A DNA stretch of 64,000 nucleotides, taken from contig PAKT01000092.1 in NCBI GenBank assembly GCA_002710725.1, positions 278 through 64,277 of the forward strand, read 5' to 3'. This document shows, in pieces, positions 39,277 to 48,096 of this stretch (position 1 is its first letter; the number at the start of each line of letters is the position of its first letter). The notes beneath the pieces are model-generated. The model saw only the letters and a list, made by a program, of their open reading frames with translations. It was not told where the DNA came from and did not search any database. This DNA comes from Spongiibacteraceae bacterium. Its GTDB lineage: Bacteria > Pseudomonadota > Gammaproteobacteria > Pseudomonadales > Spongiibacteraceae. Position numbers and translations under genes: made by a program.

Positions 39277-40136
39277 CCCTTGAGTTCAGGGATAACGTCG
39301 GCAAACTTTTCAATCATCGGCAGGAACTGATCGGGTTTGTCCCACATATCCATTGAGACGCCGATATTGCAGCGGTCAAAACCCATATCCCGGAAACGCT
39401 TAAGCTTGTCGGGGGTGGGCGAGTCCATCACCTGCAGGGTAATCTCCACGCTGTTTGGATCGCGGCCGTTGTCTTCCACCATCTGCTTGAACTCGCTCAC
39501 GGCGGTTTCGATATTGGGCAGGGCCACATCCACCGGGAACCAGCCGTCGGCCCACTTGGCCGCATGCTTGACCCCGAGCGGGCCCATTGCGCCGAAAATG
39601 ATTTTCGGGCCGCCGGCTTGAATGGGTTTAGGCGCGCTCCATACCGGCTCGAACTTCACGAACTCGCCCTGGTAGCTGGCTTCTTCCTCGTTCCACAGTT
39701 CGCGCATGGCCTCGACGGTTTCGCGCATCACGGTGTAGCGTTTGTTCCAGGGGTGGGGATTCACGTTAGCGAACTCTTCCTCATTCCAGCCAACCCCAGT
39801 GCCGATGATGACCCGTCCATTGGAAAGGTGATCCAACGTGGCGATGGTCTTGGCCTGCGAGAACACGTCGCGTTCCATGAGGAGGGCAATACCGGTACCG
39901 ATCTTGAGTTTACTGGTCACCGCCGCCGCTGCCATCAGCGAAACATAAGGGTCCATCATCTGACGATAGGGGGCAGGCATGTCACCGCCCGCCGGGTAGG
40001 GCGTTTTCCGGGAGCAGGGGATATGGCTGTGCTCGCCGTACCAGAGCGAGTCGTAACCCAGTTCCTCAAGGCGTTTTGCCAGGGTGATGGGGTCCGGGTC
40101 GTGAGCCGTGTTCATGGAGCTGAAACCGAGATGCAT
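39273..40136 (-). CDS. LLM-class flavin-dependent oxidoreductase
   Basis: GYDSLWYGEH, DPYV.L, TLDHLSNGR, PKPIQ..GP motifs. Confidence 0.85.
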   Translation of the reverse strand: MHLGFSSMNTAHDPDPITLAKRLEELGYDSLWYGEHSHIPCSRKTPYPAGGDMPAPYRQMMDPYVSLMAAAAVTSKLKIGTGIALLMERDVFSQAKTIATLDHLSNGRVIIGTGVGWNEEEFANVNPHPWNKRYTVMRETVEAMRELWNEEEASYQGEFVKFEPVWSAPKPIQAGGPKIIFGAMGPLGVKHAAKWADGWFPVDVALPNIETAVSEFKQMVEDNGRDPNSVEITLQVMDSPTPDKLKRFRDMGFDRCNIGVSMDMWDKPDQFLPMIEKFADVIPELKG

Positions 40137-40344
40137 GGGCGTGTCCTGTTATCGTTAAAACATTTCAGTTGAAATGGAATGTAGAGTACCCGCTGCGCCA
40201 GCGGGCGTCAAAAGCCCGTCCAGCATCGCAGTCGTGAGTGTTCAAGAATACACCCAAACGGAGTAGCCAGGCGGCGCTTGCGTTCGGCTCGCGACGGGGT
40301 AAGGCTGGTAGTATACTCAGGCTTACCCCGTTTTTCCGGATCGA

Positions 40345-41367
40345 ATGATGCGCCCACTGCTGGTACTGCTGCCCCTGCTATTCTGTGTGGCCTGCGCCAC
40401 AGGGCCTGCGTCGTTGCCCGCTCCCACCGTCGATCCCGATCAATTGCTGGCCCGCCGAACGATTGGTCTGGACCCGCGCCCTTACCGCGATGAAGAGTTC
40501 TGGCTGAACCCCGATATGGTGATGCGCCATTTTGTGGATTTCAGTATCCGCGATGCCGACAGTGAAGGCGCCGCACTGGCGCTGATGAAATCCCTGCGCG
40601 AAGAATGGCCGGTGCTCAAATACCGGCGAGACGCCAACTATTCTGCGGCCGATGCCTTTCATGAGGATCAGGCAAACTGCCTCAGCTACAGTGCCATGGT
40701 GGTCAGTCTGATGCGCCACGCTGGCGTTCGCGCCAGTTTCCAGCGAGTAGAGGCGGCGCCCGAATGGGATGTGGAGGGACAATCTGCGGTGGCGGCCCTG
40801 CATATCAATGCCGTGATTTTCCAGCAGGGCAAGCAGGTTGAGGTGGATTGGTTGCCGCGCAGGAATCCCACTGACTACGAGCGCCGTATTGTGCTCACCG
40901 ACGATCAGGCGCTCGCGGAATGGCACAATAACCTGGGTGCGGAGGCGCTGCTTAAAAATGATCTGCCGCTGGCCTTTGCCGAGCTAAGCCGCGCACTGCG
41001 CCTGTACCCGGATGCCGCGCATATCTGGGTGAATCTGGGAGTGGTCTATCGCCGTGTCGGCTTGCTCGAACATGCGGAATCGGCCTGGCTGCTGGCCTTG
41101 CAACACAATACACGCCAGCTACAGGCCATGAGTAACCTGCAGATGCTGTATCGCAGTCGAGGGCAGAGTGAGCTGGCCGACGATCTGGACAGGATGATGC
41201 GCTACTATCGTCAGCAAAACCCCTTCTACCACTATCTTCTGGCGCAACAGGCGGAAGAGGCCGAGCGCTTTGATGAGGCCCGCCGGCATATTCGTCGCGC
41301 CATGCGGCTGCATTCCGACGCCCGCTTTGATACGCTCTATGTCCGCCTGCTTGAGCACGAAAGCTGA
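40345..41367 (+). CDS. Lipoprotein with transglutaminase-like and TPR domains
   Basis: Lipobox VAC, ANCLS...H...D triad, NNLG/WVNLG TPRs. Confidence 0.75.
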   Translation: MMRPLLVLLPLLFCVACATGPASLPAPTVDPDQLLARRTIGLDPRPYRDEEFWLNPDMVMRHFVDFSIRDADSEGAALALMKSLREEWPVLKYRRDANYSAADAFHEDQANCLSYSAMVVSLMRHAGVRASFQRVEAAPEWDVEGQSAVAALHINAVIFQQGKQVEVDWLPRRNPTDYERRIVLTDDQALAEWHNNLGAEALLKNDLPLAFAELSRALRLYPDAAHIWVNLGVVYRRVGLLEHAESAWLLALQHNTRQLQAMSNLQMLYRSRGQSELADDLDRMMRYYRQQNPFYHYLLAQQAEEAERFDEARRHIRRAMRLHSDARFDTLYVRLLEHES

Positions 41368-41433
41368 GGCTGCTCCGGGCCGGTGAATGCTTTACACTTG
41401 GCGCCACAATAGTTCAGTTCAGGGTGTTCGAAA

Positions 41434-41970
41434 ATGAGTTCCTTACAGGAACAGTTACTCAAGGCCGGTGTTGTCGACGAGAAAAAAGCCAAGCAGCTCA
41501 AAAAAGAAAAGCGCAAGGCCGCCAAACAGCCCAAGGGACAGGCTCAGATCGATGAAAGCAAAGCCGCCGCTGCCCGTGCACTGGCAGAAAAAGCCGAGCG
41601 CGACCGTGAGCTTAACCGGCAGCGTCAGGCCGAGGCCGAGAAAAAGGCGATACAGGCACAGATCACGCAATTGATTAGCACCCACAAACTTGATCGCCGA
41701 GGCGGCGAGCTGTCCTATCAGTTTGTCGACGGCAAAAAGATCAAAAAGCTCTATGTCACCAATGACCTGCAGACCCAGCTGACGCGCGGTCAGATAGCCA
41801 TCGTCAAACAGGGAGAGACCTACGAGCTGGTGCCGGCGACCGTGGCGGAAAAGATCAAGCAGCGGGATAAAAGCCGGGTACTGGTGTTGCACGACAAGTC
41901 GGCCAGTCAGGCAGTAGACGAAGACGACCCCTATGCGGATTATCAGATTCCCGACGACCTGATGTGGTGA
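41434..41970 (+). CDS. DUF2058 (YaiL-like) protein
   Basis: SLQEQLLKAG... and DDPYADYQIPDDLMW termini. Confidence 0.88.
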   Translation: MSSLQEQLLKAGVVDEKKAKQLKKEKRKAAKQPKGQAQIDESKAAAARALAEKAERDRELNRQRQAEAEKKAIQAQITQLISTHKLDRRGGELSYQFVDGKKIKKLYVTNDLQTQLTRGQIAIVKQGETYELVPATVAEKIKQRDKSRVLVLHDKSASQAVDEDDPYADYQIPDDLMW

Positions 41971-41997
41971 GTTTGCGCTTGGGTTCCGGCAGCTGAA

Positions 41998-43740
41998 CTA
42001 TGGCTGATCCGGTGGCGGCGAGAGTTTCAGGCCCACCGCACTGATGCCGCCCCCATCCAGCTTTCTGACCACAAAACGCAGATGCCCCATCGACAGCCTG
42101 TCGCCTACCACCGGGCGGTTATGAAAGTGACGGCTCAGGTAATGCCCTATCGTTTCCTGTCGATCCTGTGCCGCAACACGCACGCCGTATATCTCGGCCA
42201 AATCGCCCAGCGTTGCCTCGGGTGAGATGACAAATTCCCCGAAGAACGAGGTCTGGGCCTGCTGCTGGCTTTCCAGTGTTTCGAGCGGCGCAAACAGGGC
42301 GCCGATAGCGCTGATTGGTTCACTGGCGAGAATCATGACATGGTCCTCGGGCTCCAATGTGGCCTTCTGCGCGGCACTTTGAAAAACACCGTCGCGAATA
42401 ATACCTATCGTCTGGGTACCTTCACCGGCGGGCAGACGATTGATCGCCATGCCATTGGCCTTACAGCCGGAAATGACCTGGTAGAGATGCAGGGTTTTAC
42501 CCTGTTCACTGGGCAACACCACCTGAAAATGGGCCGGATCATTGTTCTGCTCCGGCACCAGAATCCGCAGGGATCGAGCGACAGAGGCGATAGACCAGCC
42601 CTGCAGAATCAGCGACACCAGCACCACCACAAACACCAGCTCAAACACCAGTTCAGTGGTTTCCAGCCCGGCGAGCGAGGGGTAGAGGGCGAGGATGATG
42701 GGCACCGCACCGCGCAAACCACACCAGCTGATAAACAGCTGCTCGCGCACCGGAAAGTGAAAAGGCAGCAGCGACAGGGCTACGCTCAGGGGCCGGGCGA
42801 TAAAAATCAGTACCAGGGCAATGGCAATCGCCGGCGCTATCACCGGCGTCATATGACTGGGTGTAATCAACAGGCCCAGCATCAGGAACATGCCTATCTG
42901 ACTGAGCCAGGCGATGCCGTCGTGGAAGCGGTGAATATCCTTGTTGAAGGGCAGCGAGCTGTTGCCGATGATCACGCCAAATACGTATACCGCGAGAAAG
43001 CCGCTGCCGTTGATCAGGCTGGTCAAGCCGAACACGCTTAAACCTGCGGTCAACACGGCAAGCGGATAGAGAGAGTTGGGCAGCTCCAATCTGAGGAGTA
43101 ACCAGCGGAAGCAAAAGCCACCGGCCAGCCCCATTACCATACCCAAACCCATTTGCTGAATAAAAAAGGTGACGAGCGCGCTTAAGTCCAGCGCCCCCCC
43201 TTGTGACAGCAGCTGCACCAGAATCACAGTAAGAAATATGGCCATCGGGTCGTTGGTGCCCGATTCAACCTCCAGTGTGGCGCGGGTGCGCTCCTTCAGG
43301 TGAATACCGGCAGAACCGAGCAAGCCGAAAACCGCCGCTGCATCAGTCGAGCCGACAATGGCGCCCACCAGAAAGGACTCCGGCCAGGGCAGGCCCAGAA
43401 TCCAGTGCACGGCGAGGCCGGTGATGGCGGCGGTACCGATTACCCCCACCGTGGCCAGCGACAGGGCGGGTTTCAGGCTGACCCTAAAGGCCTCGCGGCG
43501 TGTGCCGAGCCCGCCGTCCAGAAGAATAATGGCCAGCGCCAGGTTGCCCAGCACAAAGGCCAGACCAATGTCATTAAAGTGAATGCCACCGGGACCGTCT
43601 TCACCGGCGAGCATGCCCAACACCAGAAAGACCAGCAGAATCGGCGCACCCAGTTTGCGCGACACCACACTGGCAAAAATGCTCAGCAGGGCCAGCAGGG
43701 CACCGACAAAAATAATCTGGCTGGAGAACTCAAGTGTCAT
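41998..43740 (-). CDS. cvrA: K+/H+ antiporter CvrA/NhaP2
   Basis: STDAAAVF, LEVESGTNDP, GLRGAVPI, C-terminal TrkA-C/CorC-like domains. Confidence 0.88.
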   Translation of the reverse strand: MTLEFSSQIIFVGALLALLSIFASVVSRKLGAPILLVFLVLGMLAGEDGPGGIHFNDIGLAFVLGNLALAIILLDGGLGTRREAFRVSLKPALSLATVGVIGTAAITGLAVHWILGLPWPESFLVGAIVGSTDAAAVFGLLGSAGIHLKERTRATLEVESGTNDPMAIFLTVILVQLLSQGGALDLSALVTFFIQQMGLGMVMGLAGGFCFRWLLLRLELPNSLYPLAVLTAGLSVFGLTSLINGSGFLAVYVFGVIIGNSSLPFNKDIHRFHDGIAWLSQIGMFLMLGLLITPSHMTPVIAPAIAIALVLIFIARPLSVALSLLPFHFPVREQLFISWCGLRGAVPIILALYPSLAGLETTELVFELVFVVVLVSLILQGWSIASVARSLRILVPEQNNDPAHFQVVLPSEQGKTLHLYQVISGCKANGMAINRLPAGEGTQTIGIIRDGVFQSAAQKATLEPEDHVMILASEPISAIGALFAPLETLESQQQAQTSFFGEFVISPEATLGDLAEIYGVRVAAQDRQETIGHYLSRHFHNRPVVGDRLSMGHLRFVVRKLDGGGISAVGLKLSPPPDQP

Positions 43741-43788
43741 GCCGGGACAAATCCAAAAGCGGGCACCGCCGGGCGGCGGTGCGCAAAA

Positions 43789-46308
43789 TCAGGGTAGCAG
43801 ATCGAGCTCGCTTTGTATTTGCTCGCGGGTGGCGCGAAGCTGGGAGCGCCCTTGCTTGATACGGCGCTGTCCAAGCAGATAGACAATGGGTGCGGCAATC
43901 AGTACGGAGGAGCTGGTGCCGACCACAATGCCAAACAGCATGGGCTGGGCGAAGCTCGCGACTGCGTGCCCGCCGGCTACGGCCATTGGCAGCAGAGCGA
44001 CAAAGGTCGTGAGCGACGTAAACACTGTGCGTGTAAGGGTGGCGCTTATGCTGCTGTTCAGAAGTTCCAGCAGGGGTTGATCGGGTTCCGCGCGAAGGTT
44101 TTCCCGAATGCGGTCAAACACAACTACCTTGTCGTTGATGGAGTAACCGATCAATGCCAGCAGGGCGGCCACTGCGGTCAGGTTGAACTCAATACCAAAC
44201 AGGGCGAAAAACCCCAGGGTTTTGGTCAGGTCGAGGGCAATGGTCAGCGTTGCAGCGAGCGCAAAATGCGCTTCAAAGCGCAGCCACAGATACAGCAGCA
44301 GACCGCCGCAGGCCAGGATAATGGCCAGCACGGTGTCTTCGCCAAAACTGGCGCTGATCTTGGGGCCGACCTGATCAACCCGATCGATACTGGCCGCCGA
44401 ATGCGTATCGCCAAGCAGCGAACGGATCTGCTCCACGGTGTTGCCGCTGGTCAGTTCACTCTCGCTGGCGCTATGGCTCGGCAGCCGCACCAGATAGCGG
44501 TCGCTGCTGTCATCACTGCCAATGCCCTGAACAGCAGCAGAAGCAATGCCGTTGTCGGTGAGCAGTTGGCGCAGCTCGCCCTGAGTGGAATTAGGCAATT
44601 GCAGTTCGATAACCGTTCCACCGCTGAAGTCCACGCCGTAATTCAGGCCGGGGTTTATCACCAGCAGGATGGAGGCCAGCGATAACACCGCCGAGCCGAT
44701 TAATCCGGCGCGACGACCTTTCATTAAATTTAACGGTTGGCGCGTTAACCGATCAAGCAAATGCTCTTTTGGCAGCGGCAAGGGTTTTCTGCGCCTTCCC
44801 GCAACGACCGCCTGCATAATCTGGCGTGTTACCGCCACTGAGGTAAATAGCGAGGTCAGCAAACCGATGGCGATGGTTACTGCAAAACCGCGAACCGGAC
44901 CGCTGCCGAACAGGAACAGCAGGCTGACGGCGATCAGTGTGGTCAGGTTGGAATCGAGTATGGTTGCGTAGGCGCGGTCAAAGCCTTCCTGCAGGGCCAG
45001 TTGTGCGGATTTACCGCGCCGGGTTTCCTCGCGAATGCGCTCGTTTATGAGGATATTGGCGTCCACCGCCATACCGATCGTCAGGATCAGACCGGCAATG
45101 CCCGGCAGGGTTAGTGTGGCCCCCAGCAGACTGAGCACGCCGAAGATCAGCACCACGTTGATACCCAGGGCGGTACAGGCAATCAGGCCCCAGCTGCGGT
45201 AGCTCAGTAACATGAAGGCAATCACCAGGCCGGCACCCAGCAGACCGGTGCTCAGACCCATGGCAATGGAGTCGCTGCCCAGGTCGGGCCCGACTGTACG
45301 TTCTTCAATCACATGCAGTTTTGCAGGCAGAGCGCCGGCGCGCAGCATCAGGGCTAGATTGCTGGCTTCGGGCACGGTGAAATTGCCGCTGATCTCGCCG
45401 TTGGCGCCAATCATTGAGCGAATGACCGGCGCCGTTAAAACGCGATCATCCAGCACAATGGCCAGTGCGCGACCGATATTGTCGCCGGTGAGTTTGCTGA
45501 ACAGGCTGGCACCGCGCGAGTCCAGTCGAAAGTTGATAACCGGCTGGCCGGATTCGGGGTTAAAGCCGAGTCGGGCATCACTGATATGTTCGCCGCTGAG
45601 TACCTGTTCCTGTTCCAGCCGGAAACGCTGGCCATCCTCACCCGGCAGGTTTTTGGTCAGCGTGCTGCCGCGCCCGTCAGCAACCCAGTGAAAGGACATT
45701 TTGGCTGTTGTACCCAGAAGCTTTCGAATGGACTGCGGGTTATCCACGCCGGGCAGCTGCACCAGTATGGCGTCGCTGCCCTGCCGGGTAATGCTCGGTT
45801 CCACCAGTCCACTTTCATCCAGGCGCTTGCGCAGAATGTCCAGGCTGCGTTCGATGGCATCGTCGAGTAATTGGACTTTGTGTTCGGGTTTTAAGGTCAC
45901 CGTTACCTGTGCTGTTTCGCGGTGCACGCGGTAAAATGCTTCCTGTCCCGGTTCTTTAAGGCTGCCAGCCACCACCTGAGCCACACTGGCCGGCTCCGAT
46001 GCAGTGTGAATGACAACGCTCTGCTCGCTGGCCGTAATGCGGTCAACGCGTAGCTTATTTTCGCGCAGCGTGCGGCGCAGTGAATCCGCCAATTGCTGAT
46101 GGTGTTCGCCCAGTAACTGACGTTGATCTATTTCCAGCAAAAGGTGAGAGCCACCGCGCAAATCCAGGCCGAGCTGGAACGTGTTATTGCGGTACCAGGA
46201 GGGCAGTTCATTGCTCAGGCGGTCGGGTATTACATTGGGCAGGGCACATAACAGGCCCAGCACAACAATCAGGCTGTAGACGACAGCCCGCATTCGTGAC
46301 GTTTTCAT
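43789..46308 (-). CDS. secDF: Fused SecDF translocase subunit
   Basis: LGLDLRGG, GMAVDAN, GVDFSGG, GYSIND...FDRIRE. Confidence 0.93.
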   Translation of the reverse strand: MKTSRMRAVVYSLIVVLGLLCALPNVIPDRLSNELPSWYRNNTFQLGLDLRGGSHLLLEIDQRQLLGEHHQQLADSLRRTLRENKLRVDRITASEQSVVIHTASEPASVAQVVAGSLKEPGQEAFYRVHRETAQVTVTLKPEHKVQLLDDAIERSLDILRKRLDESGLVEPSITRQGSDAILVQLPGVDNPQSIRKLLGTTAKMSFHWVADGRGSTLTKNLPGEDGQRFRLEQEQVLSGEHISDARLGFNPESGQPVINFRLDSRGASLFSKLTGDNIGRALAIVLDDRVLTAPVIRSMIGANGEISGNFTVPEASNLALMLRAGALPAKLHVIEERTVGPDLGSDSIAMGLSTGLLGAGLVIAFMLLSYRSWGLIACTALGINVVLIFGVLSLLGATLTLPGIAGLILTIGMAVDANILINERIREETRRGKSAQLALQEGFDRAYATILDSNLTTLIAVSLLFLFGSGPVRGFAVTIAIGLLTSLFTSVAVTRQIMQAVVAGRRRKPLPLPKEHLLDRLTRQPLNLMKGRRAGLIGSAVLSLASILLVINPGLNYGVDFSGGTVIELQLPNSTQGELRQLLTDNGIASAAVQGIGSDDSSDRYLVRLPSHSASESELTSGNTVEQIRSLLGDTHSAASIDRVDQVGPKISASFGEDTVLAIILACGGLLLYLWLRFEAHFALAATLTIALDLTKTLGFFALFGIEFNLTAVAALLALIGYSINDKVVVFDRIRENLRAEPDQPLLELLNSSISATLTRTVFTSLTTFVALLPMAVAGGHAVASFAQPMLFGIVVGTSSSVLIAAPIVYLLGQRRIKQGRSQLRATREQIQSELDLLP

Positions 46309-46360
46309 GGATTTTCCTCTGTCGGCGCGCCAAAGGCAGGCCGGTTAATCGATGGTGTGC

Positions 46361-46708
46361 TTATATCGATCGCGAGGTTGGGGGCGCGCGACTGGCCGGG
46401 CGCCAATGATGCCGGCTGGCGGCAAAGGCCCGAAAAGCCTTGCTGTAGGCGTGGCCAATCTGGGTTGCGGGTGAATACGAAACCTCAGAAACGGCTACAG
46501 TGTCGGAGTCATCCTGCCCATCAAAACCCGCAGGACGAACCTCGCTGAGCCGGTTGTGCAGGCCGTCTGCCAGATCATGCAGCGTCAGCAGCTGTGAAGG
46601 CTGGTCAGGTGTAGTAAAAGGCGCTGCAGAATTACCCGCTAAACCGCAGCAAAGCAGCAGTACCAGCGTCAGGCCGGTTAAACTCCATCGGTGGGCGGGG
46701 ACAGTCAT
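46361..46708 (-). CDS. Putative secretion-monitor translation arrest peptide (RAPP type) upstream of secDF
   Basis: Hydrophobic N-terminal signal, C-terminal SRAPP at 46379-46393, 52 nt upstream of secDF. Confidence 0.72.
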   Translation of the reverse strand: MTVPAHRWSLTGLTLVLLLCCGLAGNSAAPFTTPDQPSQLLTLHDLADGLHNRLSEVRPAGFDGQDDSDTVAVSEVSYSPATQIGHAYSKAFRAFAASRHHWRPASRAPPTSRSI

Positions 46709-46850
46709 TGCGAACCTGGTAGCTTGGCAGGGTGTGGCGCGATTATAGCACCGCGCCCGTGTCAGCTACTGCGACATTTGTGTTTCTTTTAACGAAAAGA
46801 AGCCGCTCACCCAGTTCTCTCGGGAGCAGGGCGGCGTTTGAATGTAATGG

Positions 46851-48068
46851 CTAATAGCCCACCACAAAGCTCGCAATGGTCGTCGCGCTGCCGCCCAGGT
46901 TCAAAGTTTGCGCTCGCTTTACCCCATCAATCTGCGCAGCGCCGGCCGTTCCGGTTACCTGTCGCGCGGCATCGGCCAGCATGCGAATACCGGTTGCTCC
47001 AACCGGATGTCCCTGTCCCATCAGGCCGCCGCCGGGATTGATCGGAATGCTGCCGCTGCGGGTAATGCGGCCGTCTTCAATTGCCTGCCAGCTCTTGCCG
47101 GGCGCGGTAATACCAAAATGGTCAATGGCCATGTATTCCGTGATCGTGAAGCAGTCGTGGGTTTCGATGACGTCGATCAATCCGGTATTGGGCAGGCCGG
47201 CGCGATGCTGTGCGTCGGAGATGGCTTTGGCGACGTGGGGAAAAATCAGGGGTTCATCGGCGCTGAGAGCCAGTTTGTCTTTCTGGCGCAGGGTGGCGGT
47301 GGTGTGGCCCCAGCCGAGTATGCGCGGCAGTTTTTCCGGATCAGCGCCCAGCTCTCTGGCCTTGTCGGCGCTGACCAGCAACACCGCGGCAGCGCCGTCG
47401 GTAAAGCCGGCGCAGTCGTTGCGCCGCAGGCGTCCTTCTACTAAGGGGTTGCGTGCATCGTCGGCGTCGAAGCTGCCTTCGGCGAATTGCCAGTCGCGGG
47501 TTTGGGCGCGGGGGTTGTCTTTGGCGTTGCTGAAATTGATTTTGCCGATCTCGCGCATGGCGGCTTCGTTCAGACCGTAGCGCCGCTCGTATTCGCCAGC
47601 GAGAGCTTCGAACATCCACGGCCAGCAGAAAGTGGCGGCTTCGGATTCTTCTCCCGCCAGCGCCGCAACGGCCATATGTTTGGCGGCCTGTTCGCCGCTC
47701 AAGTGGCGCTCCTGTTCTACCCCCAGCGCCAGCACGCAGTCGTAGCGGCCGGCTTCAATTTCCGTCATGGCCGCCAATACGGCCATGCTGCCCGAGGCGC
47801 AGGCGGCCTCGTGGCGGGAGATGGGCAGGCCGTGCAGGGCCGGGTCAACGGAAGCCAGCACGCCTCCCAGTTGTCCCTGGCCATTGGTCAGCTCCGCCAT
47901 AAAATTGCCGACGTGAGCTGACTGAATTGCCGATGCTGGAATGCGCGCGTGCTCAAGCACGTCTTCCAGCGCCGCCCCCATGATGGCTGCGAGGCCCTTG
48001 TCTTCGCGGCCCCAGTGCCGGGCAAAATCGGTTTGCGACCAGCCGAGAATAAATACGTCCTTGCTCAT
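46851..48068 (-). CDS. Acetyl-CoA acetyltransferase (SCP-x-like thiolase)
   Basis: EAACASG, HDCF, GHPVGATG; start at MSKDVF. Confidence 0.88.
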   Translation of the reverse strand: MSKDVFILGWSQTDFARHWGREDKGLAAIMGAALEDVLEHARIPASAIQSAHVGNFMAELTNGQGQLGGVLASVDPALHGLPISRHEAACASGSMAVLAAMTEIEAGRYDCVLALGVEQERHLSGEQAAKHMAVAALAGEESEAATFCWPWMFEALAGEYERRYGLNEAAMREIGKINFSNAKDNPRAQTRDWQFAEGSFDADDARNPLVEGRLRRNDCAGFTDGAAAVLLVSADKARELGADPEKLPRILGWGHTTATLRQKDKLALSADEPLIFPHVAKAISDAQHRAGLPNTGLIDVIETHDCFTITEYMAIDHFGITAPGKSWQAIEDGRITRSGSIPINPGGGLMGQGHPVGATGIRMLADAARQVTGTAGAAQIDGVKRAQTLNLGGSATTIASFVVGY

Positions 48069-48096
48069 TCTGTTCTCCGTCTTTCCCAGGCAGCTG

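Noticed and set aside
39273-40136. Evidence for F420 metabolism
   Set aside because: LLM-family similarity alone does not specify the cofactor; no F420 biosynthesis genes in the window.
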